A stretch of DNA of 64,000 nucleotides from positions 183,804 to 247,803 of the forward strand of contig CAKRNA010000003.1 in the NCBI GenBank assembly GCA_934365195.1, in the 5' to 3' direction. This stretch comes from an uncultured Clostridia bacterium (lineage in GTDB: Bacteria; Bacillota; Clostridia; Christensenellales; CAAEEZ01). Under the pieces are notes generated by a model that saw nothing but the letters and a program-made list of their open reading frames with translations, ran no database searches and was not told the DNA's origin. The translations under genes and the position numbers were made by a program. Shown piece after piece: positions 29,959 to 38,657 of the stretch; position 1 is the stretch's first letter; each line of letters opens with the position of its first letter.

Positions 29959-31344
29959 ATGGAAACAACTCATACTATAGAAAAAGTTAAACGCCAAAAT
30001 TTACTATCAAATATAAATAAATTTTGGTACACGAATTACTATTTTGTTTTAATAGGGCTTTTGTCCTTCGTTTTTTGGTGTTCTAATCTAAGTTCTGTGG
30101 GCATCGCTCTGCTTATGTTAGTAGGTACGCTGGTAGCCTTTACTTGTAAAGACTCAGCGCCTCTTTTACCATTACTTCCGCTTATGGTTGTCTCGGTATC
30201 GAAAACCGACTTTATGACAAGCACTACGGACCTTGCGGTAGTTATTACTTTCGGCGTAATATTTGCAATAAGCATAATTTATAATCTTGCACGGTTTAAA
30301 CACCCCGTTTCCAAAGGTCAACTAACCTTACCGCTTATTTTGGTCAGCATTGCTCTTATTTTAGGCGGAATAGGTTATACTGATGCCAAAAGTTATGCAA
30401 ACGGCATTTTGTTTATTTTTTGCCTTGGCCCTCTAATGCTTGTTTTATATTCTTTCGCAATTAGCAGAATGGATTTGCCAAGCGAAGTCGACCACAAAAA
30501 ATATTTTGCAAAAATCGTTGCAATTTGCACGATAGTTTGCGCCGGAGAGGTTGTCGTTGCTCAACTTAGAGTTGAGGGCGATATACTTAATCACGTTAGG
30601 GCTGTCCTTTCTGTAGGCTGGGCAAACCGTGCTAGTTTAGTTATGGTTTTGGTTCTTGGTTTATCGTCGGTATTTTACCTTGCAGAAAACTGTAAGCGTG
30701 CGCATTTTTTTGCTTATCTAGGCGCATTTGCGATATTCATATGCTTAATACTTACCTTTGGTAGAGGCGGTATTATATTTGGTACTTTAGAACTTATTGC
30801 AATAGTAATTTACTTACTTATCAAAAGCAAACACAAGCGCCCTCTTTTACTGTGTATTGCAACGGGCATACTTATTTTACTTATAGGTTGTATTATATAT
30901 TGGGACTCAATGGTACTAATTTTAAACAAATTACACGACCTAGGTCTTAATTCCAGCGGTAGAACAAATATCTACAAAGAAGGATGGGAATGTTTCCTTC
31001 GCTCTCCGCTTTTTGGCGTAGGACTAGGATTTATCGGCGTCAACACCACGCACAATATTCCGAACGTTATTTTTTGGTTTCACTCCACCCCGATACAAGT
31101 AATTGCCTCTATGGGCGTATTCGGTTTAGTATGCTACGCATATTATTACGTAAAGCGCATACAAATACTAAAAAAGAACAAAAACAATTTTACGTTGTTC
31201 ATGGCTTTTGGAATAATCGCATTAGAACTTCATTGCTTAATCGATGCAGGCACGTTCCAACCATTCCCGTACGTATACTACCTAATAATGATGCACGCAT
31301 TTATAGAGTACGACACCAAAAAACAACAAATTCAAATAGGATAA
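29959..31344 (+). CDS. O-antigen ligase/polymerase-like (Wzy_C-type) polytopic membrane protein
   Basis: About 12 hydrophobic segments and a late loop with GRGG...SSGRTNIYKEGW...PLFGVGLG typical of the O-antigen ligase family. ATG at 29959 follows AAGGAA. Confidence 0.6.
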   Translation: METTHTIEKVKRQNLLSNINKFWYTNYYFVLIGLLSFVFWCSNLSSVGIALLMLVGTLVAFTCKDSAPLLPLLPLMVVSVSKTDFMTSTTDLAVVITFGVIFAISIIYNLARFKHPVSKGQLTLPLILVSIALILGGIGYTDAKSYANGILFIFCLGPLMLVLYSFAISRMDLPSEVDHKKYFAKIVAICTIVCAGEVVVAQLRVEGDILNHVRAVLSVGWANRASLVMVLVLGLSSVFYLAENCKRAHFFAYLGAFAIFICLILTFGRGGIIFGTLELIAIVIYLLIKSKHKRPLLLCIATGILILLIGCIIYWDSMVLILNKLHDLGLNSSGRTNIYKEGWECFLRSPLFGVGLGFIGVNTTHNIPNVIFWFHSTPIQVIASMGVFGLVCYAYYYVKRIQILKKNKNNFTLFMAFGIIALELHCLIDAGTFQPFPYVYYLIMMHAFIEYDTKKQQIQIG

Positions 31345-31378
31345 AGAAAAAGGATAACCATTTCGGTTATCCCTTATT

Positions 31379-32200
31379 TTATATAAAATCATATTTCTTT
31401 TGCATTTCTAAATATACGTCGTAAACATCGTCAAAATCGTATATTTTCAACTTGTCGTGAACTTTATCTATATCCCATTGTTTTACGTTGTAGATATGGA
31501 AAAACGGCGTCCATTTAATTCCCTTACAAAAATGTTTTACCACCGTATCCTCTTTAACGCCTCGTTGTTCGTTATACTTGCCGTCGATATATTTTTTGTA
31601 GGTAACGGACTTGTTTAACGCAGTTTGGTCCGGCATTTTCATCCATTTCGTCTTAATTAGTTCCCTACACTTTATCATCATGCCTGTCTCACGCACTTTT
31701 TTTACGTTGATAAGCATTACCCCTGAGTTAGTATAGGTTGGCGATATCCAAAATTTACCCATAAAATCAAGCGCAGCGCCAAATTCATAATCTTCTACGT
31801 CTTCATTGTATAGTTCGCTTACGTCGTTTACAAGCATAGTATCCACGTCTAAATACACTACTTTGTCGGGTATTTCGTCCAAAATATCTACAAATAGCCT
31901 GTTTAAGCAGTACGGCGTGTATTCCGTGTTCTTGTTTTTACCGTCTTTGAACAAATCGTTATATATTTCGCCAACGTCTATTAGTTTCGCCTCGCTTTCC
32001 TTGTTTACGTCCTTTAAAACGCTATCTAACAAGCCGACTTGCTCGTCGGATATTATCTCGAAGTTAGGATTTTGCTCAGTTAAATCCATACTTAATATAA
32101 ATACTCTCAAAGGCTCTTTGCAATGCTTTATCATTGATAAACACGACAACAAAACCCCTTTAAATATTTTCTTATTGCCAGAATAAACTACATTTATCAT
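31379..32200 (-). CDS. family 8 glycosyltransferase
   Basis: YLDVDTMLVNDV DxD block, NSGVMLIN and PDQTALN blocks typical of GT8. Start at MINVVYSG, preceded by GAGGA. Confidence 0.75.
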   Translation of the reverse strand: MINVVYSGNKKIFKGVLLSCLSMIKHCKEPLRVFILSMDLTEQNPNFEIISDEQVGLLDSVLKDVNKESEAKLIDVGEIYNDLFKDGKNKNTEYTPYCLNRLFVDILDEIPDKVVYLDVDTMLVNDVSELYNEDVEDYEFGAALDFMGKFWISPTYTNSGVMLINVKKVRETGMMIKCRELIKTKWMKMPDQTALNKSVTYKKYIDGKYNEQRGVKEDTVVKHFCKGIKWTPFFHIYNVKQWDIDKVHDKLKIYDFDDVYDVYLEMQKKYDFI

Positions 32201-32207
32201 TTTTTCC

Positions 32208-33503
32208 TCAATTCTCTTTTGCCGTATCAATGTTTATATTCGGCTTAACAAAAACAGCATTATCGTCGTTTTCGTTATTTTCTGCCGAGTTCTCACTCGT
32301 ATTATTATCGCTTTCAGGCTCTTCTATGCCCTCATTATTTTCGCCGCTATCGTTTTCGCTATCTTTGGTATCTAACACAGCAACGTCTTCTAATGCTTTA
32401 TCGTTTCTCTTTTTCCTGTGATTAGGAATAATGCTCATTATTTCCTTTTCTCTTTTAAGGGTAATCTTTTCTAAAAGCAGGTAAATAAAGAAACTAATTA
32501 CCATAGTTAGAACGTAACTTAAACCTCTCCATAGTAGCATTCCGCCAAAAGCAACCTCCGTCGTAATACCGATTGCTACCGCTTGGAAAATAGACTTAAA
32601 CGCAAACTCTATACCTCCACTACTACCGGGAGTCGGAATAAATACGCACATAGTGATTGCAAATGCGGTACTGCAAATAATAAATATCAGTTTATCCGCC
32701 CCGACTTCTACGTTTAGCGCTTTTAGTATAAAGAAAGTGATTGCATAGTACACGCCCATCGTTATAAATCTAATAAAAAAACACAATAAAAACGCCTTTT
32801 TATTCTTCCAAAGTTCTTTAAACGCATTTTGGGCTTGGTAGCAATAGTCGTTTAGTTTAGGGATATTAGGCTCTATAAACCTTCTTAGACACTTCGCCTT
32901 GCATAGCCATAGCAATATTTTCTCCAACCACACACGAAGTTTTTTTGAGGTTGCTACGCTGAATAAAAATAGCAGCACGGAAAAGTTAATGGTAAAGCCT
33001 ATTATTACCATTGCGTTTAGATTGCTGATATTTTGCGCAAGTTTTGGATAGAAAAACAATGAAGTAAGGGCATAAATATTCGTCACTATCATAAAAGTGA
33101 TAAAATTCATCATCAGTATGCCCGTGCTTTCTGCCGGTTTTACGCCTAGCCTATTGTAAGCATATACTTGGAAGGGTTGCCCACCGGTTGCAAACGGCGT
33201 AATTCCGTTGAAAAAATGCTCCGTAGAGCCTATTAAATAGGTGTTTAAAAAACTAATCTTACACCCTCTCGTCTTCGTAAGAATACACAAAGGTATCGGG
33301 TACAACACCATATAAATTAACAGTAACAGCACGGCAAACATTAAATATCTTACGTTTGTGGTTTTGAGCACGCCCCAAATACCGTCAAAATCGTTCAACG
33401 TCAAAATCATCGTCATTATAAAAATGATGATTGCAAGCCCGAATATTACCATTCTAACGACTTTTTTTGAATCGTATTTTTCCGTATTTTGATTATTCGC
33501 CAT
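32208..33503 (-). CDS. flippase-like (LPG_synthase_TM / UPF0104) membrane protein with an acidic low-complexity C-terminal tail
   Basis: About 8 hydrophobic helices and GGQPFQVY and PTPGSSGGIEF motifs reminiscent of the MprF flippase-domain family. The tail is DSENDSGENNEGIEEPESDNNTSENSAENNENDDN. Confidence 0.5.
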   Translation of the reverse strand: MANNQNTEKYDSKKVVRMVIFGLAIIIFIMTMILTLNDFDGIWGVLKTTNVRYLMFAVLLLLIYMVLYPIPLCILTKTRGCKISFLNTYLIGSTEHFFNGITPFATGGQPFQVYAYNRLGVKPAESTGILMMNFITFMIVTNIYALTSLFFYPKLAQNISNLNAMVIIGFTINFSVLLFLFSVATSKKLRVWLEKILLWLCKAKCLRRFIEPNIPKLNDYCYQAQNAFKELWKNKKAFLLCFFIRFITMGVYYAITFFILKALNVEVGADKLIFIICSTAFAITMCVFIPTPGSSGGIEFAFKSIFQAVAIGITTEVAFGGMLLWRGLSYVLTMVISFFIYLLLEKITLKREKEIMSIIPNHRKKRNDKALEDVAVLDTKDSENDSGENNEGIEEPESDNNTSENSAENNENDDNAVFVKPNINIDTAKEN

Positions 33504-33940
33504 ATATTTAAGTACCTATTATACTATATAAAGTATGATATAAATATATCACATTAAACCGATATTGTAAACGAAATTATTTAAGAAAAGGCCTCTCTAC
33601 ACCCTAACGCATTACTAATATTTACACATTATTAACCTTATTTAAAACTTTATCGACATTATTGTTTTTTCGTTCATAAATTATCTTGGTTTTTTGCTAT
33701 TTTTTTGTTTTTTTTCGTAAAATTTAATAATTGTATTGTTTTTGTATTTTTTACGATATTTTTTACTCTGTTTTAAACTAATTATTTAGTTAAATATCGC
33801 CATATTTTTGTAGTAAATAGCCTTATTTTGCAAAATAACAACAATAGGCGAGTACTTAACGATTTTTGTGATTTTGAAAATTTGCGATTTTAAAAAATTT
33901 ATAATTTTGAAAAAAGGAGCGAATTTTATATAATTAAAAG

Positions 33941-33968
33941 AAAAAAACGGAACGCAAATGCGTTCCGT
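33941..33968 (-). terminator. intrinsic terminator of rplM-rpsI
   Basis: ACGGAACGC-ATTT-GCGTTCCGT followed by six T on the minus strand. Confidence 0.85.
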
Positions 33969-33989
33969 AATTTGTATATAAAGTTTCGA

Positions 33990-34400
33990 TTATCTCTTTG
34001 AGAATTGAGGTGCTCTTCTTGCGCCTTTCAAACCGTACTTCTTTCTTTCCTTTGCTCTTGGATCACGAGTTAGGAATCCTGCCTTTTTAAGTGCGCCACG
34101 TAGTTCAGGCTCTGCAACGCAAAGTGCTCTTGCAATACCGTGTCTGATTGCACCTGCTTGACCGGTTAATCCGCCGCCTTGTACGTTAACTGCTACGTCG
34201 TAACTATCGGTTTTGCCAGTAAGTTCTAGCGGTTGTTTAACGATATATTTCAAGGTGTCAAGTACAAAGTACTCTTCCAAAGATTTTTTGTTAATTACGA
34301 TATTTCCTTCGCCATTAGGGATGATACGAACTCTAGCGATTGCCTTCTTCCTTCTACCTGTTCCCCAATATTGAACTTTCTTAACAGACTTTTTAGCCAT
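33990..34400 (-). CDS. rpsI: 30S ribosomal protein S9
   Basis: 136 aa with the C-terminal [16 protein letters not shown]. Confidence 0.95.
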   Translation of the reverse strand: MAKKSVKKVQYWGTGRRKKAIARVRIIPNGEGNIVINKKSLEEYFVLDTLKYIVKQPLELTGKTDSYDVAVNVQGGGLTGQAGAIRHGIARALCVAEPELRGALKKAGFLTRDPRAKERKKYGLKGARRAPQFSKR

Positions 34401-34414
34401 TATCCGATTCCTCC

Positions 34415-34843
34415 TTAAAATTTCAACTCAATAGGTTGTTGTGCTTGTTGTTCGTGCTCTGCACCCTTGTATACTTTAAGTTTTTTAATCATTTTTCTAC
34501 CCAAAGTATTTTTAGGAAGCATGCCTTTAACAGCCTCGTAAACTACGAAATCAGATTTAGTAGCCATTAAATCGCTATATTTTCTCTCTTTAAGACCACC
34601 AATGTATCCGGTATGATATCTGTAAACTTTTTGCTCTAATTTTTTGCCGGTAAGAACTACCTTGTCACAATTTACTACGATTACGTAATCACCTGTATCA
34701 ACGTTAGGAGTAAAAGTAGGCTTATTTTTACCTCTTAAAACAGCGGCAACTTGGCTAGCAAGTCTACCTAGAGGCATATCGGTTGCATCAACCACGTACC
34801 ATTTTCTCTCAACGGTTTCAGGTTTTGCCATATATGTTTTCAT
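34415..34843 (-). CDS. rplM: 50S ribosomal protein L13
   Basis: MKTYMAKPE start, preceded by GGAGG. The track ORF extends to 34858. Confidence 0.95.
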   Translation of the reverse strand: MKTYMAKPETVERKWYVVDATDMPLGRLASQVAAVLRGKNKPTFTPNVDTGDYVIVVNCDKVVLTGKKLEQKVYRYHTGYIGGLKERKYSDLMATKSDFVVYEAVKGMLPKNTLGRKMIKKLKVYKGAEHEQQAQQPIELKF

Positions 34844-34970
34844 GGTGAAAACCTCCAAATTTTAACTTAATAATTTTTGGGAATCTCGAAAACATTTAGG
34901 GGCTAACTTCATGTAATCCTATTTCCCGATTAGACTAAACTATTTTAATATATCAAAAATAATAAGTCAA
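34844..34970 (-). promoter_or_regulatory. rplM promoter plus a leader of about 95 nt (possible L13 autoregulatory leader)
   Basis: Minus strand TTGACT (34965-34970), 17 nt spacer, TAAAAT (34942-34947). The leader contains a possible CGGGAA...TTCCC pairing. Confidence 0.4.
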
Positions 34971-35204
34971 GCAATTTTCATCGATTATCCAAAAAACCGC
35001 TATATATAAATATATTTAAGATAAAAACCACAATGCAAAACCTAATAAAATAGCAAAAATCACCAAAAAATCGCAAAACGCACTCGTATTTAACATAAAT
35101 TTAGTAAAAATCGGCTAACTCGACATTTTTACTTTGCTAACACCTATAAAACTTTAAAAAAGTTAAAAACTCGCTCCCACTACTACAAAAATCATTAAAA
35201 AATG

Positions 35205-35233
35205 CCAAAAAATTAAAAGAAGGGAAACCCTTC
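35205..35233 (-). terminator. intrinsic terminator of the Cys-rich gene
   Basis: GAAGGG-TTT-CCCTTC followed by TTTTAATTTTTT, 3 nt after the stop. Confidence 0.6.
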
Positions 35234-35235
35234 CT

Positions 35236-35697
35236 TTAACTAAACAATCTGCATAGGCACAAAAAATTTAGCGCATTTTGGCAAGTTCCGTTTTGACCTT
35301 GTGCTCCTCCTTGGCAGCAATTTAAACTGCCGCATTGACTATTTGCGCACCTTCCTACGTTTTGATAAGGTACTACGGGGGTAAAACCGCCGCAACCTAC
35401 CAAACTAGGCGTGGCACAGCCACAACCACAGCCGCCGCATTGCGCATTAAACGAGCCGGGGCAGATTAGATTGCTACTTAAACAGCCATTATTACTTTGA
35501 CCTACCGTAGAGCCTGCCGTTTGTGGCACAAAGTACACGTTACCTACTAAATAACCGCTTTCATTTTGACTTTTGCAACACCTACCATAGCCAAACGGAG
35601 CACTTACACACTCGGTTTTTAGCCCGCCGCTAGCAATTTGATAGGTATTGACGCCCATACAACTATTTTGTCCGCTAAAATTTGGGAAACAACTCAT
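35236..35697 (-). CDS. orphan Cys/Gly/Asn/Gln-rich protein, 19 Cys in 153 aa, no signal peptide
   Basis: Strong SD (GGAGG 7 nt upstream), its own terminator, higher GC than the flanks. CGGCGCGC and CC motifs and almost no charged residues. Confidence 0.7.
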   Translation of the reverse strand: MSCFPNFSGQNSCMGVNTYQIASGGLKTECVSAPFGYGRCCKSQNESGYLVGNVYFVPQTAGSTVGQSNNGCLSSNLICPGSFNAQCGGCGCGCATPSLVGCGGFTPVVPYQNVGRCANSQCGSLNCCQGGAQGQNGTCQNALNFLCLCRLFS

Positions 35698-35905
35698 AAT
35701 ACACCTCCAAAATTTTTATGTATGCGGACTACTACACAATACGCCTGCTTTCGTAATTTTGTTACTGCCATTTTACTTTATAATTACACAAACAATACTT
35801 TATCTATCAATTTTGACACTTTATATAATATATTTTGTTAAAATAACGTGTTTTATATTTTTTAAACTTTAAACGTAATCTTTTCTTACTTAATAAAAAC
35901 CCTAA

Positions 35906-35929
35906 TAAAAAAGAGAACTTTCGTTCTCC
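35906..35929 (-). terminator. intrinsic terminator about 305 nt downstream of truA
   Basis: GGAGAAC-GAAA-GTTCTCT followed by six T on the minus strand. Confidence 0.7.
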
Positions 35930-36061
35930 ATAATCAATTATTTCTGAATAATGCTTTTCTTTAACTCTTATTGCCCTTAATTTGCAAAACTCTTGTACTT
36001 ACAAAAATAAACTAACGTTTATCGGTATTCGTTTCTAACTATTTTTGATTAAATCTAATAC

Positions 36062-36240
36062 TCAAAACTAAAACTTAGCACCTCATACTAAAATACCGCT
36101 TTGTACTTGAACTTAGCGCTTCATACTAAACTTACTACTTTAAACTAATACTTAGCACGCCAAACAAAAACTAATATTTTAAACTAGAACCTAGCACGCA
36201 AAACTAAACTACTACTTAGCGCTCCAAAAAAACTTAGTAC
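36062..36240. repeat. degenerate periodic array of ACTTAGC(A/G)C motifs, about 19-20 bp and 38-40 bp spacing
   Basis: cttagc(a/g)c at 36074, 36112, 36151, 36191 (cctagcac) and 36215, plus acttac at 36130 and cttagtac at 36233. Confidence 0.55.
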
Positions 36241-36965
36241 TCTACGCTAACTAGATACAGCCCCTCGGGAGAAAGTTTCTTCCCGGACTTACTTCTATCT
36301 TTTCCCTCGAAAATTTTTGGGATATCGGCTACCGATATTTTGCCTTTACCCACCTCGACGATAGTGGCAACTATCACCCTAACCATATTGTACAAAAAGC
36401 CGTCGCCACACATTAGAATATCCACCTCGTCGCCATTTTGGGTTAGGTTTACGTAATCCAAGGTGCGAACGGTGTCCTCCTTGTCGCTCTTGCTACTAAA
36501 AGCGTAAAAATCGTGAGTGCCAACAAAATAACTGGTCGCTTCCTTCATCTTGTTTACGTCCACCTTGCCGTAAACTTGATGGGCGTAATTACGCCTAAGC
36601 GGACTAATTACGTCGCTTAAATAAAGTTTGTACAGGTAGGTTTTGCGCTTAGCATCAAACCTTGCGTGGAAGTTTTCATCGGCTTTTTCCAGTTTTTTTA
36701 TCCTTACGTCCTCAGGTAAATGAGCGTTCACAGCCCTTAGAAGTTTGCCCTCGGTCATAACGGTTTCGGCGTCAAAATGAGCAACTTGCCCCAAAGCGTG
36801 CACGCCCGTATCCGTCCTACCGCTACCGAACACGGTGATTTTTTTACCGAAAATCTCCTTTAATGCGTTTTCAATAGCGTCCTGCACGGTGTCCCCCTTA
36901 GGTTGCGACTGCCAGCCCTTGTAGTTCGTGCCGTCATATTCGATTGTAGCCTTGTACCTTGCCAT
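36234..36965 (-). CDS. truA: tRNA pseudouridine(38-40) synthase
   Basis: YKATIEYDGTNYKGWQSQ and GSGRTDTGVHA motifs. Start at 36965 with a TAATG overlap onto ecfT. Confidence 0.95.
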   Translation of the reverse strand: MARYKATIEYDGTNYKGWQSQPKGDTVQDAIENALKEIFGKKITVFGSGRTDTGVHALGQVAHFDAETVMTEGKLLRAVNAHLPEDVRIKKLEKADENFHARFDAKRKTYLYKLYLSDVISPLRRNYAHQVYGKVDVNKMKEATSYFVGTHDFYAFSSKSDKEDTVRTLDYVNLTQNGDEVDILMCGDGFLYNMVRVIVATIVEVGKGKISVADIPKIFEGKDRSKSGKKLSPEGLYLVSVEY

Positions 36966-37780
36966 TAGAATATTCCCATCCACAAATAAGTGTCCAGCAT
37001 AACCACCACGGTGTAGGCAATCATAAACAATGCGCCCACAAGGTCACGCCAGCCGACTTTTAGTACTTTCATTTTGGTCTTTTCACCACCGGACTTGTAG
37101 CACCTAGAATCAAGCGCTAGGGCAAGTTCGTCGGATTTTCTAAATGCGCTAACGAACAAAGGAATAAGGATAGGTATAAGCGCCTTACATCTTTTGATTA
37201 GTCCACCCTCGTCAATGCTGCTTCCTCTCGCCTTTTGCGCCATTATGATTTTGTCCGTTTCCTCAAGTAAGGTAGGGATAAACCTAAGCGCAATACTCAT
37301 AACAATCGCAATATCCGATACCGGAACTTTTAATGCCTTTAACGGTTTTAGCATACGCTCTATGCCGTCGGTTAAGTCCATAGGCGACGTGGTCATAGTC
37401 AGCAACGTACTGCCAAGCACGAGCAAAAACAACCTTAGCGCCATTTTGATAGCAATGTTTAAAGATACGTCGGTAATGGTAAATACCCACCAACTGCACA
37501 AAACCGTGCCTTCCTTGTTCATAAATAGGTTTAGCGCTGCCGTCAGTAGCACGATAAATATCATAGGTTTTACGGTTTTAATAGCATTCCAAAGCGGAAC
37601 TCTGGAAGCAAAAATCGCCGTAAGCACTACAAAACCTGTAAGTGCGTAGCCAAAATAACTGTTTACGAACATTATGGTTACGATATACAAAATCGCCAGC
37701 AAAAGTTTCACTCTGGCGTCCATTTTGTGCACGAAAGATTTTACGGGGTAAAGTTGCCCGAAAGCCACGTTATTCAGCAT
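36965..37780 (-). CDS. ecfT: ECF transporter transmembrane (T) component
   Basis: 271 aa CbiQ-like protein with conserved ARG and AxxxR coupling-helix motifs (AQKARGSSI, SAFRKSDELALALDSR). Confidence 0.9.
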   Translation of the reverse strand: MLNNVAFGQLYPVKSFVHKMDARVKLLLAILYIVTIMFVNSYFGYALTGFVVLTAIFASRVPLWNAIKTVKPMIFIVLLTAALNLFMNKEGTVLCSWWVFTITDVSLNIAIKMALRLFLLVLGSTLLTMTTSPMDLTDGIERMLKPLKALKVPVSDIAIVMSIALRFIPTLLEETDKIIMAQKARGSSIDEGGLIKRCKALIPILIPLFVSAFRKSDELALALDSRCYKSGGEKTKMKVLKVGWRDLVGALFMIAYTVVVMLDTYLWMGIF

Positions 37781-38657
37781 GAGCGCTACCTCCGTCTTTC
37801 GTATTTTTATATTTAACTATCGCCTCGACAAGTTCGTCCTGCGTGATTGCGTTAGCCTGCAAATCAACGCCTTTTTCCTTCAAAAAGTTCTCTATCCTTA
37901 CAACTAGCGGAAGTTCCAAGCCCATAGAGTAAAGTTCGTCCTTGTGAGCGAAAAGTTCCTTAGGCGGAAGATTATAGGCAAGTTTCCCTTTGTCCAAAAC
38001 GGCAATTCTATCGGCAAAATCCGATATTTCGTCCATATTGTGACTGATAATCACAATGGTTGGCGTGCACTCCGCTTTCACCCTTCTAATTAGTTCGTAC
38101 ATTTCCTTCCTGCCGCTAGGATCAAGACCTGCCGTAGGCTCGTCCAAAATAAGAATTTTCGGTTTCATAGCAAGCACGCCCGCTATTGCCACTCTTCTTT
38201 TTTGACCGCCCGAAAGTTCAAACGGCGACCTGTCTTTAATGGTTTCGTAGTCAAGCCCTACCACCTCGATAGCCTCTTTTACCCTATCCTTAATTTCCTC
38301 TTTTGGAATTTTTAGGTTTTTAGGTCCAAACGCCACGTCCTTTTCCACAGTTTCCTCAAAAAGTTGATACTCGGGGTATTGAAAAACCATACCCACTTCG
38401 CTACGCAAAACAGAGTACTTCGGCTTTGGTCTTTTTTTATTCGTAAGGGTGATATCGCCAACGGTAATAGTGCCTTCTTGCAACTTAATCAGCCCGTTAA
38501 TATGCTGAATTAGGGTACTTTTTCCGCTACCCGTATGCCCGATAATGCCTTGAATTTCGTTGTCTTTTATCTCTAAATTTATATTGTCCAGCGCCTTTTT
38601 TTCGTAAGGCGTTTTTTTCATATAGGTGAAGGACACACCGTTTATAGTAATTGACAT
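37770..38657 (-). CDS. ecfA2: ECF transporter ATPase component A2
   Basis: Walker A GHTGSGKST, signature LSGGQKRR, Walker B ILILDEP. Confidence 0.9.
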   Translation of the reverse strand: MSITINGVSFTYMKKTPYEKKALDNINLEIKDNEIQGIIGHTGSGKSTLIQHINGLIKLQEGTITVGDITLTNKKRPKPKYSVLRSEVGMVFQYPEYQLFEETVEKDVAFGPKNLKIPKEEIKDRVKEAIEVVGLDYETIKDRSPFELSGGQKRRVAIAGVLAMKPKILILDEPTAGLDPSGRKEMYELIRRVKAECTPTIVIISHNMDEISDFADRIAVLDKGKLAYNLPPKELFAHKDELYSMGLELPLVVRIENFLKEKGVDLQANAITQDELVEAIVKYKNTKDGGSAHAE

